Source of the DNA: an uncultured Acidimicrobiia bacterium
GTDB lineage: Bacteria > Acidobacteriota > Terriglobia > Versatilivoradales > Versatilivoraceae
DNA: 64,000 nt
Reading direction: 5' to 3'
Assembly (NCBI GenBank): GCA_963786955.1
Contig: CAWBAT010000004.1
Location: 736,001-800,000 of the forward strand
Positions 30,901 through 40,083 of this stretch are shown in pieces. The notes below the pieces were generated by a model. The model made no database searches and was not told the DNA's origin. It saw only the letters and a program-made list of their open reading frames with translations. How positions within the stretch are numbered: the stretch's first letter is position 1; each line of letters starts with the position of its first letter. A program made the translations under genes and the position numbers.

Positions 30901-33051
30901 TTAGCTCTTGAGGACCAGTTTCTTGCTGAGATAATACTTGGTCACGTACTCCGCCACCATCCGATCGGTGTTATAGATGGGAATAAGTGTCTGCATGCTT
31001 CGGCGAACCTTTTCAATCCACCCGCGCGGAATGCCCTGATCGTCGCGATTGAAGAAAAGTGGAATAACATGGTCGAACAATGCTTGATAAAGCCAATCGG
31101 CGTCTGCCACATCCTGAGCCTCTGGATCGTCGGCTGAGGCATCCTCCCCAATCGCCCACCCATTGGAACCGTCGAATCCTTCCCGCCACCACCCATCCAA
31201 CACGCTCAAATTCAAGCCGCCATGAACCGCCACTTTCTGACCGCTGGTCCCGCTGGCTTCCAGCGGCCGACGTGGCGTGTTGAGCCAAACATCGGCTCCT
31301 GAGATCAGATAGCGAGCCACGTGAATGTCATAATTCTCCAGGAACACGACTTTCCCGAAAAAATCATTGCGCTTGGTCATTTCCTGAATTTGCTGGAGGA
31401 ACTCTTTTCCTTTGTCGTCGCGAGGGTGCGCCTTACCGGAAAACAGCAACTGGACAGGCTTTTCGTGGTCGTTAAAAAGGGCAACCGCCTTGGCCATATC
31501 TCGAAAAATGAGGGGAGCGCGCTTATAAGATGCAAACCTTCGAGCAAAACCAATCGTGAGCGCATCTGGAGAAAGGATCCTTTCAAAGATACGAGCCCCA
31601 TCCCCGCCCACCCGGAGATATTGGTCTCGTAACCGTTTTCTGGCAAATTCCACGAGCTCCCTCCGCAAGGTATAACGAAGGGACCAGATTTCTTCGTCTG
31701 AAATCATTTCCCGGTCTGAAACAATCTTCCAAAGATCTGGATACATCAGACGCGTTTCCCAATCGGGACCGAGGTGTGTCTTCCAGAATCGCCGAGTCGG
31801 GCGAGTCATCCAACCTCGCACATGCACCCCGTTGGTAATATGGCCGATCGGGGCCGCCCGAGAGGTCTTACTGTTACGCAGATCCTTCCACATCTCCCGG
31901 CTGACTTCACCGTGGAGTTCACTGACCGCATTAGCGGCGCGGGACATTCGCAACGCCAAGACAGTCATGCAGAAACTTTCCAACGAATCTTCGGGATTGA
32001 TCCTCCCGTAGCTCAGAAAGGTTTGCGAATCAAATCCCAGGGAGTGGGCATACTGCCCCAGAACGTATTCCATGAGCTCAGGTGTAAAGCGGTCATGTCC
32101 CGCAGGAACCGGTGTATGCGTTGTAAAAACACAGTGATCGCGCACCCAGTCTTCCGCTTCGCGCAAGGGTAATCCCTGTTCCAGCCGGTGGCGCAGTAAC
32201 TCAAATGTGAGAAACGCTGAATGTCCTTCGTTCATATGATAAACGGCCGGATCAATACGAAGCGCCCGTAGGAGCCGGACCCCGCCGATTCCCATGATGA
32301 CTTCCTGTCCAATACGAGTTGCCATTTCCCCGCCATAGACGCGTCCGGTCAGGGCCCGATAGTGATCTTCATTTTGGGGAAGTTGAGTATCCAGTAGGTA
32401 GATCGTGGTACAACCCACATTCAGTTTCCAAGCCTGAAACTTCACCTGGCTGTGTTGCATGTCGATTGAGATCACCAGGGGCAAACCATCTTCTCCCAGC
32501 ACTAAATCCAAGGGCAGGTCGTTCTTATCAATCAGTGGATAATGCTCTTCCTGCCAGCCATGCGGCGCGATATGTTGATGAAAATATCCCTGACGGTAAA
32601 ATAGACTGATCCCCACAAGTGGGACACCCAGGTCGCTGGCCGATTTAGCGTGATCTCCCGCAAGCACCCCCAGTCCACCCGAATAGATAGGGAGACTCTC
32701 GTGGATAGCAAATTCAGCGCTGAAATAAGCAATGGGCTTCTTTAGAAAAGGGGCTGCATGTGCGGAGCACCAGCTCCTGTCCCGATTGAGATATTCGCGG
32801 AATTCCACCAATACTTCCGACACCCGGGCGGCGAATTCCTTTTCCATCAATCTGGCTTTGAGTTCCCCGAGAGACAGGGAGTTTAAGACGACAACGGCAC
32901 TATGATTCGAATAACTCCAGGTGAGCGGGGATAATTCAGCGAAAATCTCCTGAGCTTCAGGATTCCATGTCCACCATAGGTTACGACTTAACTTGCGGAG
33001 TTCCTCCGTCATGATGTTCAAATCTTTGATCTTTTCGCGATAGACCGCCAT
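30901..33051 (-). CDS. glgP: Alpha-glucan (glycogen/starch) phosphorylase
   Basis: NLWWTW, YSGGLGVLAGDH, HMNEGH, GFARRFASYKR and the PLP motif EASGTSGQK. The start is 33051 or 33066. Confidence 0.95.
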   Translation of the reverse strand: MAVYREKIKDLNIMTEELRKLSRNLWWTWNPEAQEIFAELSPLTWSYSNHSAVVVLNSLSLGELKARLMEKEFAARVSEVLVEFREYLNRDRSWCSAHAAPFLKKPIAYFSAEFAIHESLPIYSGGLGVLAGDHAKSASDLGVPLVGISLFYRQGYFHQHIAPHGWQEEHYPLIDKNDLPLDLVLGEDGLPLVISIDMQHSQVKFQAWKLNVGCTTIYLLDTQLPQNEDHYRALTGRVYGGEMATRIGQEVIMGIGGVRLLRALRIDPAVYHMNEGHSAFLTFELLRHRLEQGLPLREAEDWVRDHCVFTTHTPVPAGHDRFTPELMEYVLGQYAHSLGFDSQTFLSYGRINPEDSLESFCMTVLALRMSRAANAVSELHGEVSREMWKDLRNSKTSRAAPIGHITNGVHVRGWMTRPTRRFWKTHLGPDWETRLMYPDLWKIVSDREMISDEEIWSLRYTLRRELVEFARKRLRDQYLRVGGDGARIFERILSPDALTIGFARRFASYKRAPLIFRDMAKAVALFNDHEKPVQLLFSGKAHPRDDKGKEFLQQIQEMTKRNDFFGKVVFLENYDIHVARYLISGADVWLNTPRRPLEASGTSGQKVAVHGGLNLSVLDGWWREGFDGSNGWAIGEDASADDPEAQDVADADWLYQALFDHVIPLFFNRDDQGIPRGWIEKVRRSMQTLIPIYNTDRMVAEYVTKYYLSKKLVLKS

Positions 33052-33423
33052 TTCCTCAGCGCGCAATATCCCCCCCTATCAATATTTCCCCACTAAACTG
33101 AATCCACCTGCTTGATCTACCCGGGCACCACGAATGAATATTCCCCACAAAGCTTGTTTAAGCGAAACGAAAGCAAGGGATCGATCGATGGGTAGGGGGC
33201 AGACTCGTTTAGAAGCTTCTTGCCAATCAAAAAATTGGTTCCAGAATTCAGAACCCAAGTTCATTTTGCCTTCGCCATCGGTGAGGGCTCGGATAGTATG
33301 CAAAAAAAACAGCAAAAACCCAAATACAATGAATCGAGAAACTCCCAATCTCAGCTAAAATAAAAGAGACGGAATCGTCATGTTGATACTGCTTTTGTCT
33401 TGTCGTTCATCCGAGGTGTAAAG

Positions 33424-34137
33424 ATGAGTTTAAAAAGGATTCGCATCACTTGGTTAGGTCATTCTACCTTCAAAGTCGTCTCTCCAGAAGGAACCGTGAT
33501 TCTTATTGATCCCTGGGTCCGGGGGAATCCTGCCTGCCCGGAAGCCGCCCGTAAGTTGGAGCGACTGGATATCATGTTATTGACTCATGGCCATTTCGAC
33601 CATATTGGCGATGCCGTTGAGTTAGGCAAACAATATTCTCCTGAGGTAGTCGGGATCTATGAACTTGGACATTGGTTAGAAGGAAAAGGGGTCGGAAATA
33701 TCCGCCCGATGAACAAAGGAGGATCCCAACGGGTTAAAGATTTGGTAATCACCATGGTTCACGCCGATCATAGTTGTGGAATCCTGGATGACGGGAAGAT
33801 CATCTATGGGGGTGAAGCGGTCGGTTACATCATTGAATTCACCACCGGCTTTAAGATATACCATGCCGGCGACACCAATCTTTTCGGAGATATGAAGCTC
33901 ATCGGTCAACTCTATTCCCCCGACCTGGCCATGCTTCCCATTGGCGATCTGTTCACGATGAGCCCACGGGAAGCAGCCCATGCTTGCGCCTTTGTAGGTG
34001 CCAGAACAGTCATTCCGATGCATTTTGGGACCTTCCCTCCATTAACGGGCACGCCCCAAAAACTAAGGGAATTGACGCGTCATTTGCCAGAACTGGAAGT
34101 CGTCCATCTCGAACCCGGTGATTATATGGACATCTGA
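33424..34137 (+). CDS. Metal-dependent hydrolase, metallo-beta-lactamase fold (UlaG/UPF0173-like)
   Basis: WLGHS, THGHFDH, YHAGDT, LPIGD and IPMHFGTFP. Confidence 0.9.
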   Translation: MSLKRIRITWLGHSTFKVVSPEGTVILIDPWVRGNPACPEAARKLERLDIMLLTHGHFDHIGDAVELGKQYSPEVVGIYELGHWLEGKGVGNIRPMNKGGSQRVKDLVITMVHADHSCGILDDGKIIYGGEAVGYIIEFTTGFKIYHAGDTNLFGDMKLIGQLYSPDLAMLPIGDLFTMSPREAAHACAFVGARTVIPMHFGTFPPLTGTPQKLRELTRHLPELEVVHLEPGDYMDI

Positions 34138-34405
34138 GCCTTCGAGATGGAACCTTTTATGGAAGATCAAAGAAATCCTTTTCCCTTTTCCCTCTCTTAT
34201 TGGGCCCCATGGAAAAACAACAAAGATTGGACCATGTGCTTCTCTTCCGAACTATTCATTACAGCTCCTCTTTGAATCAGTAGTTTACAGTCCGATTGTC
34301 ACCGGTGGGCTCACCAGCCTCATGGATCCGCATTCCCTTCATGGAACATTCCAGGGCTCTGGAATTCAGTTTGCACCCTATTCGTCAAGGCAGTAGAGAG
34401 GGAAT

Positions 34406-34720
34406 ATGCGCGGACGCCACTTCATCGGAGATTTCATCGTAGTCTGTTTCATTCTTGTTCAGTTACTAGACTGGCTGGCCACGCTTCATGGAGTCACCCT
34501 TTTTGGAACTTCCATCGAGGCAAATCCGATGCTCCGATTTCTGATGGAAAAGTATGACATCATCCTGGTATTGACTGCCGCAAAACTGGGTGCCACCCTG
34601 GCAGCCTCCTTTCTCCACTATTTCGAACGCCATCTCCTGGTGGCCGCCTTGACTCTCTTCTATGCATTGTTTGCACTGATCCCCTGGATTCAGGTTTTTG
34701 GAAACTACCCGGGATTTTAG
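34406..34720 (+). CDS. Small membrane protein (DUF5658-like)
   Basis: QLLDWLAT..G....EANPMLR pattern with 3 TM helices and a GAGGG RBS. Confidence 0.7.
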   Translation: MRGRHFIGDFIVVCFILVQLLDWLATLHGVTLFGTSIEANPMLRFLMEKYDIILVLTAAKLGATLAASFLHYFERHLLVAALTLFYALFALIPWIQVFGNYPGF

Positions 34721-34959
34721 GGTCACTTTCAAAGTAATCCCCCTTCTCTTGACTCATATTTTCCACAGAAACAATCTTCCCCGCAGATTGATGCGTCAAC
34801 TCCGGCCATGAAATGGGCGGATGCCTTTGAAAACAGGACGGAGTATTAAACCCAAATTCCGAAGTTGGGTGGGCGGGATTTTTATCTATTTGTTGATTTG
34901 TCTGAGATTTGCAAGACGCTCAGGAAAGGGAAAAAGTATACCGATGATCTGCGGATTCA

Positions 34960-35025
34960 GGTGGAATGCGCACTCCGCCGCGCGTTCATTGAGCGTGCGC
35001 AGGAGCGCTCGCTCCACCTAGCGAC
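34960..35025. repeat. REPIN-like element (family A)
   Basis: GGTGGAATGCGC..GCGCGTTCATTGAGCGTGCGC..CGCTCGCTCCACCTAGCGAC. The end matches the reverse complement of 5651-5670 with one mismatch. Confidence 0.7.
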
Positions 35026-35462
35026 GTTCACGCAACTTCGGAATTCGGGTTAAAGGGATATTCGTTGAAGGTCTCTAGAACGGGCCCCATTCCACTCTCA
35101 TTTTTCATGCGAAGAATACGGCTGGTAATTCGGTGGATCTGCCGCTCTTCCCAGGCCTTTTCCTCATCTATAGCCAAGAAACGGTGCGGCGAGTTTGGGA
35201 AACGGAACACATGAACCACTTCATGGGTCAAAATTCAAGGCAGCAAGGACTCAAAAGAGATCCGCCCTCCCTGTCGAAAGGGACCAACAAAATGTGATGA
35301 GCTTCAAGCCTGATTTCATCTTAATTTAGTCGAATCCAATTCAGGTCACTCGAGCGGACACTAGCATGGATCCCTCAGCCTGAATCTTGATAAAAGCATC
35401 CATTTGCGGTATTCTACCGATGAATATCTCCAAAGGTTCAGTAAAGAGGAGGATCTTGCAGG

Positions 35463-35795
35463 ATGCCAATTTATGAATATGTATGCAGTAAGTGCGCCCG
35501 ACAATTCGAGGTCATTCAAAAATTTTCTGATAATCCTTTAAAAACCTGCTCCGAATGCAAAGGAAAACTAAACAAAATCATTTCGCAGTCTTCTTTTCAG
35601 CTCAAGGGAGCTGGTTGGTACGTGACTGACTACGCAGGTAAATCCAAGAGCACTAAAAAAGAGGATTCGAAGTCAGGAACCGATACAACTGTCAAGAGTG
35701 ATACAAGTTCAAAGAAAGAGGATTCGAAGTCAGGAACCGATTCAGCCGTCAAGAGCGAAACAAAACCAAAAGCAGAAGAAAAAAGCTCCAGCTAA
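35463..35795 (+). CDS. FmdB family zinc-ribbon protein with Lys/Ser-rich tail
   Basis: MPIYEYVCSKC...CSECKG..FQLKGAGWYVTDY, preceded by a GAGGAGG RBS. Confidence 0.92.
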   Translation: MPIYEYVCSKCARQFEVIQKFSDNPLKTCSECKGKLNKIISQSSFQLKGAGWYVTDYAGKSKSTKKEDSKSGTDTTVKSDTSSKKEDSKSGTDSAVKSETKPKAEEKSSS

Positions 35796-35824
35796 ATTGC
35801 ACTGGGGTACGCGGTCGTTAGCGA

Positions 35825-35854
35825 AGAGCCAGCCTACGGGCTGGCTTTTTTTTT
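35825..35854 (+). terminator. Rho-independent terminator downstream of the FmdB-type gene
   Basis: AGCCAGCC-TACG-GGCTGGCT stem-loop followed by a T run. Confidence 0.85.
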
Positions 35855-35921
35855 GAGCCTGAAACCGTGAATTAATCACGCTGGAAGTGCGGGCATCGTT
35901 CTTGCTTGCTATCCTGGGCCG

Positions 35922-36025
35922 TCCCCCCTTGAACAAGGGGGTGTTTGGTTCGGGGGGACATAGCTGACAGTGTTCGGAGACTCTCAAACCTCCCCCTGAC
36001 CCCCTCCTTGGTGCAAAGAGGGGGA
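35922..36025. repeat. CCCCCTT..AAGGGGG-type palindromes
   Basis: TCCCCCCTTGAACAAGGGGG and CCCCCTCCTTGGTGCAAAGAGGGGG, the same style as 19428-19546. Confidence 0.5.
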
Positions 36026-36371
36026 ACGTCATGTCTTTGACCAATTCCCCTGTCGGTTGGGCACGACGCCAAATCGGCGGTCTCGGCGATACCAACCTAC
36101 ATCTATTTGGCATCAATCCCTAAATCTGCTCTTTTCCTCGCCTGTCCACATGTTTGGAAATCACTCCCGTCCGATGTAGAAAGGAGCGGAAATCCTTTCT
36201 TGCCAAATTACAGACACCGTAACATGATAGTTACGTTTTTGTAAGTTGCCAACCCCTTCCGGCACGATCGCGGAAGTGCAACTTGTTTCGTTCTCGATAT
36301 CTGCCGGAATTCGCGAAATCCTTCTCCGAGTAAAGTGGGCAAGAGGAGGGCCAAAAGGGGAAAGCGGGTGT

Positions 36372-36881
36372 GAGTCTGAAGTTCAAGGTCCGGAGTTCAG
36401 AGTCCGGAGTCCGGAGTCCAAAAAGAAGTGCAAGGTCGAAGCCCGGTAAAAATAGTCCAAAGTCTAAGGTCGGTAAAAATAGTCCAGAGTCAAAGGTCGA
36501 ACGTCAAAGGTCAAAAGCTTAAAGACCGAGGTTAGCCGCAAAAAAGCGCAAAAACCGCAAAACAAAAATCCGAGTCCGAAAAAAGTCCGAGGGCCAAAGG
36601 CAAAGGCCGGTAAAAATAGTCCAGAGTCAAAGGTCGAACGTCAAAGGTCAAAAGCTTAAAGACCGAGGTTTGCCGCAAAAAAAGCGCAAAAACCGCAAAA
36701 CAAAAATCCGAGTCCGAAAAATAGTCAAAGGTCGACAAGAGAGTCCAAAGTCTAAGGTCCAAGGTCGAAGGCCGGAAAAAAAAGTCCAGAGTCAAAGGCC
36801 GGTAAAAATAGTCCAAAGTCAAAGGTCGAACGTCAAAGGTCAAAAGCTTAAAGACCGAGGTTAGCCGCAAAAAAGCGCAAA
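36372..36881 (+). repeat. Left arm of modular A-rich tandem array (3 core copies, last truncated)
   Basis: Core CGAACGTCAAAGGTCAAAAGCTTAAAGACCGAGGTTWGCCGCAAAAAAAGCGCAAAAACCGCAAAACAAAAATCCGAG, with AAGCTT landmarks at 36515, 36652 and 36844. Preceded by tandem heptamers AGTCTGA AGTTCAA GGTCCGG AGTTCAG AGTCCGG AGTCCGG AGTCCAA. Confidence 0.93.
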
Positions 36882-37006
36882 CCAATTTCAAAGTCAGCCG
36901 CGAATGGACTCCAATCAATGAATTACTGATGGGCCCAGGGCGATTGACAACACACTGGTTCAAGCCAGAGGGGCTTGAGGAAAATAATTTGGCTGCCTGG
37001 CATTGA

Positions 37007-37396
37007 CTACCACATCACTGTTGTCAGGGCTTCAACCTCCTGGAAATGAGAGTCTTGGGTTGCCAGAGTCCAGCCGTAGCGCAAGGCAGTGGCGGCGATC
37101 CAGATATCATTCTCTGGGATCGGACGCCCCTTGGTTCTTAGCTTTTCCTTGATTTCCCCGTAATGCAGCGCTGTGTCGGCGTCGCAGTCCAGGACTGCGA
37201 TTTCTCGGGTCAGTTGTTTGATTTTTTCACAATTGGCTTGGACTTGTCCGGACCTGCAGGCACCATAGTACAGTTCTCCGATCACGATGGCCGGGATTCC
37301 CACACGCTCTGAAGCTTCCAGTTGGGCCTTGACCCCCGGATCGTTGCCTAGCAGAGAGATCACCACATTGGTATCCAGTACATAGCTACCAGCCAT
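37007..37396 (-). CDS. vapC: PIN-domain toxin (VapC family)
   Basis: YVLDTNVV, VIGELYYGA, GRPIPENDIWIAATA and ATQDSHF carry the PIN acidic residues. Confidence 0.93.
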   Translation of the reverse strand: MAGSYVLDTNVVISLLGNDPGVKAQLEASERVGIPAIVIGELYYGACRSGQVQANCEKIKQLTREIAVLDCDADTALHYGEIKEKLRTKGRPIPENDIWIAATALRYGWTLATQDSHFQEVEALTTVMW

Positions 37397-37610
37397 GGGG
37401 TTCCACCTGCTCGCAACCCTTTTCTATGGCTTGGCGCATTGTTTCCAACTCTGTCAGCGGAATCGTTCCGGCAAAGTGGAGCAGCCTAACCCCGGGGGTT
37501 CCTGTTTGGGCTTCGTCGACGATGGCTTGGACGTAGTCCAATACCTTTTGTTGGAGATTCCCTGGAAGGGGCGCTAGTCGTTGCACAACTTCTTCAATAA
37601 TCGGATTCAT
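37386..37610 (-). CDS. Putative antitoxin (DUF2281-like) upstream of vapC
   Basis: 74 aa, MNPIIEEVVQRLAPLPGNLQQKVLDYV...LLHFAGTI. It has a GGAGG RBS and overlaps vapC by 11 bp. Confidence 0.8.
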   Translation of the reverse strand: MNPIIEEVVQRLAPLPGNLQQKVLDYVQAIVDEAQTGTPGVRLLHFAGTIPLTELETMRQAIEKGCEQVEPHGW

Positions 37611-37676
37611 TCTGGCCTCCTGCGTCTGCATCATATCATGACTTCGAATTTCGCGGTTGAAGGTCATAGATCAGGG

Positions 37677-38810
37677 GCGAGTGATAAGTGACGAGTATAA
37701 AGTCCAAAGTCTAAGGCCGAACGTCAAAGGTCAAAAGCTTAAAGACCGAGGTTTGCCGCAAAAAAAGCGCAAAAACCGCAAAACAAAAATCCGAGGCCGA
37801 AAAATAGTCAAAGGTCGACAAGAGAGTCCAAAGTCAAAGGCCGGTAAAAATAGTCCAGAGTAAAGGTCGAAAGTCAAAGGTCAAAAGCTTAAAGACCGAG
37901 GTTTGCCGCAAAAAAAGCGCAAAAACCGCAAAACAAAAATCCGAGGCCGAAAAATAGTCAAAGGTCGACAAGAGAGTCCAAAGTCAAAGGCCGGTAAAAA
38001 TAGTCCAGAGTCAAAGGTCGAACGTCAAAGGTCAAAAGCTTAAAGACCGAGGTTTGCCGCAAAAAAAGCGCAAAAACCGCAAAACAAAAATCCGAGGCCG
38101 AAAAATAGTCAAAGGTCGACAAGAGAGTCCAAAGTCAAAGGCCGGTAAAAATAGTCCAGAGTCAAAGGTCGAACGTCAAAGGTCAAAAGCTTAAAGACCG
38201 AGGTTTGCCGCAAAAAAGCGCAAAAACCGCAAAACAAAAATCCGAGGCCGAAAAAAAGGCCGGAAAAAAAAGTCCAGAGTCAAAGGTCGAACGTCAAAGG
38301 TCAAAAGCTTAAAGACCAAGGTTTGCCGCAAAAAAGCGCAAAAACCGCAAAACAAAAATCCGAGGCCGAAAAATAGTCAAAGGTTCAAGGTCAAAGGCCG
38401 GAAAAAAAAGTCCAAAGTCTAAGGTCGAACGTCAAAGGTCAAAAGCTTAAAGACCGAGGTTAGCCGCAAAAAAAGCGCAAAAACCGCAAAACAAAAATCC
38501 GAGGCCGAAAAATAGTCAAAGGTCGACAAGAGAGTCCAAAGTCTAAGGTCCAAGGTCGAAGGCCGGAAAAAAAAGTCCAGAGTCAAAGGTCCAAGGTGAA
38601 GCCCGGTAAAAATAGTCCAGAGTCAAAGGTCGAGCGTCAAAGGTCAAAAGCTTAAAGACCGAGGTTTGCCGCAAAAAAAGCGCAAAAACCGCAAAACAAA
38701 AATCCGAGTCCGAAAAAAGTCTGAGAGCCAAAGGCAGAAAGGCAGTGGTTAGTGATACGGGGTTGGGGGGGAAAGTCCGAAGTTCATTGTTCGAAGTCCG
38801 AGGTTCAATG
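37677..38810 (+). repeat. Right arm of modular A-rich tandem array (7 core copies)
   Basis: Same core as the left arm, with AAGCTT at 37735, 37885, 38036, 38187, 38305, 38443 and 38648 (spacings 150, 151, 151, 118, 138, 205). It ends with heptamers AGTCCGA AGTTCAT TGTTCGA AGTCCGA GGTTCAA. Confidence 0.95.
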
Positions 38811-38970
38811 ACTGAAAGTGCTTGAAAAAATCGGGAGGATGCCAAAGAATCGCTGTTGCCTGGTTTGAGATCCGTCCCCTGGGCGCGACAACATGCCTCG
38901 CTCGGTGAATTCGCCTGATCGGAGGTTTCGCTCATCCCTCTCACTCCCCTGAACTCCTTTGGAGATTCTC

Positions 38971-40014
38971 ATGCAAAAAATGAAGGCCCTGGTTAAAAAG
39001 AAATCAGAGCCCGGACTCTGGCTTGAAGAAGTTCCGGTTCCCGGTATCGGGATGAATGATGTCCTGATCAAGATTCTGAAGACTTCTATTTGCGGAACAG
39101 ACGTCCATATTTACAACTGGGATAGCTGGGCCCAGAAAACGATTAAGGTCCCCATGGTGATTGGCCACGAGTTTGTCGGCAGAGTCGCCGAGGTTGGAGC
39201 CAATGTCACCGGCTTTAAACCCGGCGATCTGGTTTCCGGCGAAGGCCATCTCGTCTGCGGCTTATGCAGGAATTGCCTGGCGGGCCGGCGACATCTTTGC
39301 CCGCACACCAGTGGGATCGGCGTCAATCGGGATGGGGTGTTCGCCGAATACCTGCAGATTCCGATGACGAATGTGTGGTATGCCGACGCGAGACTCCCCA
39401 CCGATATTCTCAGTTGCTTCGATCCACTTGGAAACGCGGTCCATACGGCTCTTTCCTTTGATGTGCTCGGGGAAGATGTTTTGATCACCGGCGCCGGCCC
39501 TATCGGTTGTATGGCGACAGCCATTGTCAAGCACGCAGGGGCACGCTTTGTGGTCGTGTCTGACGTCAACCCCTACCGCCTGGAACTGGCTCGCCGAATG
39601 GGAGCCACCCTGGCCGTGGATGCCCGAGAGGAAACAATTGAAGATGCCCAGAAACGGCTCGGGATGAAAGAGGGGTTTGATGTTGGATTAGAAATGTCCG
39701 GGAATGGTTCAGCTTTTCGAAGTATGCTCGCCAACATGTGCCACGGCGGCAAGATTGCCATGCTGGGCATTCCCGATCCCAATATGCAGGTAGACTGGAA
39801 TCTGGTCGTCTTCAATGGATTGACCGTCAAAGGAATTTATGGCCGCGAAATGTATGAGACGTGGTACAAGATGACTGTGATGATTCAAAGCGGGTTGGAC
39901 ATCACTCCCATTATCACGCACCGATTTCATTATAGTGACTTTGAGGAGGCCTTTGCTGTGATGCGTTCCGGGCAATCCGGAAAAGTCATTATGACATGGA
40001 TGGAAGAAAACTGA
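38971..40014 (+). CDS. tdh: L-threonine 3-dehydrogenase
   Basis: [41 protein letters not shown] and [14 protein letters not shown]. Confidence 0.95.
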   Translation: MQKMKALVKKKSEPGLWLEEVPVPGIGMNDVLIKILKTSICGTDVHIYNWDSWAQKTIKVPMVIGHEFVGRVAEVGANVTGFKPGDLVSGEGHLVCGLCRNCLAGRRHLCPHTSGIGVNRDGVFAEYLQIPMTNVWYADARLPTDILSCFDPLGNAVHTALSFDVLGEDVLITGAGPIGCMATAIVKHAGARFVVVSDVNPYRLELARRMGATLAVDAREETIEDAQKRLGMKEGFDVGLEMSGNGSAFRSMLANMCHGGKIAMLGIPDPNMQVDWNLVVFNGLTVKGIYGREMYETWYKMTVMIQSGLDITPIITHRFHYSDFEEAFAVMRSGQSGKVIMTWMEEN

Positions 40015-40083
40015 CCGTGTCCGCCATGTTCCCGAGATTGGGTCACGATGGAGAAGCATACTCGATTTCATGGAGAAATATCG

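Noticed and set aside
34821-35053. Small protein MPLKTGRS../MGGRDFYLF..
   Set aside because: The 3' half is a REPIN-like palindrome and there is no recognisable motif or RBS, so coding status cannot be supported.
36372-38810. CRISPR array
   Set aside because: The conserved unit is ~85 bp, the intervening sequences are reshuffled copies of the same modules rather than unique spacers, and no cas genes are present.
36532-38944. Lys/Arg-rich or Phe/Leu-rich repeat proteins (ORFs 36532-36963, 36670-36864, 37657-37863, 38543-38944)
   Set aside because: Unit lengths are mostly not multiples of three, frames break between units, and there are no convincing starts or RBS. They are by-products of the DNA repeat.
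38971-40014. tdh without adjacent kbl as a novel pathway
   Set aside because: kbl is often encoded elsewhere, so absence from this window is not informative.
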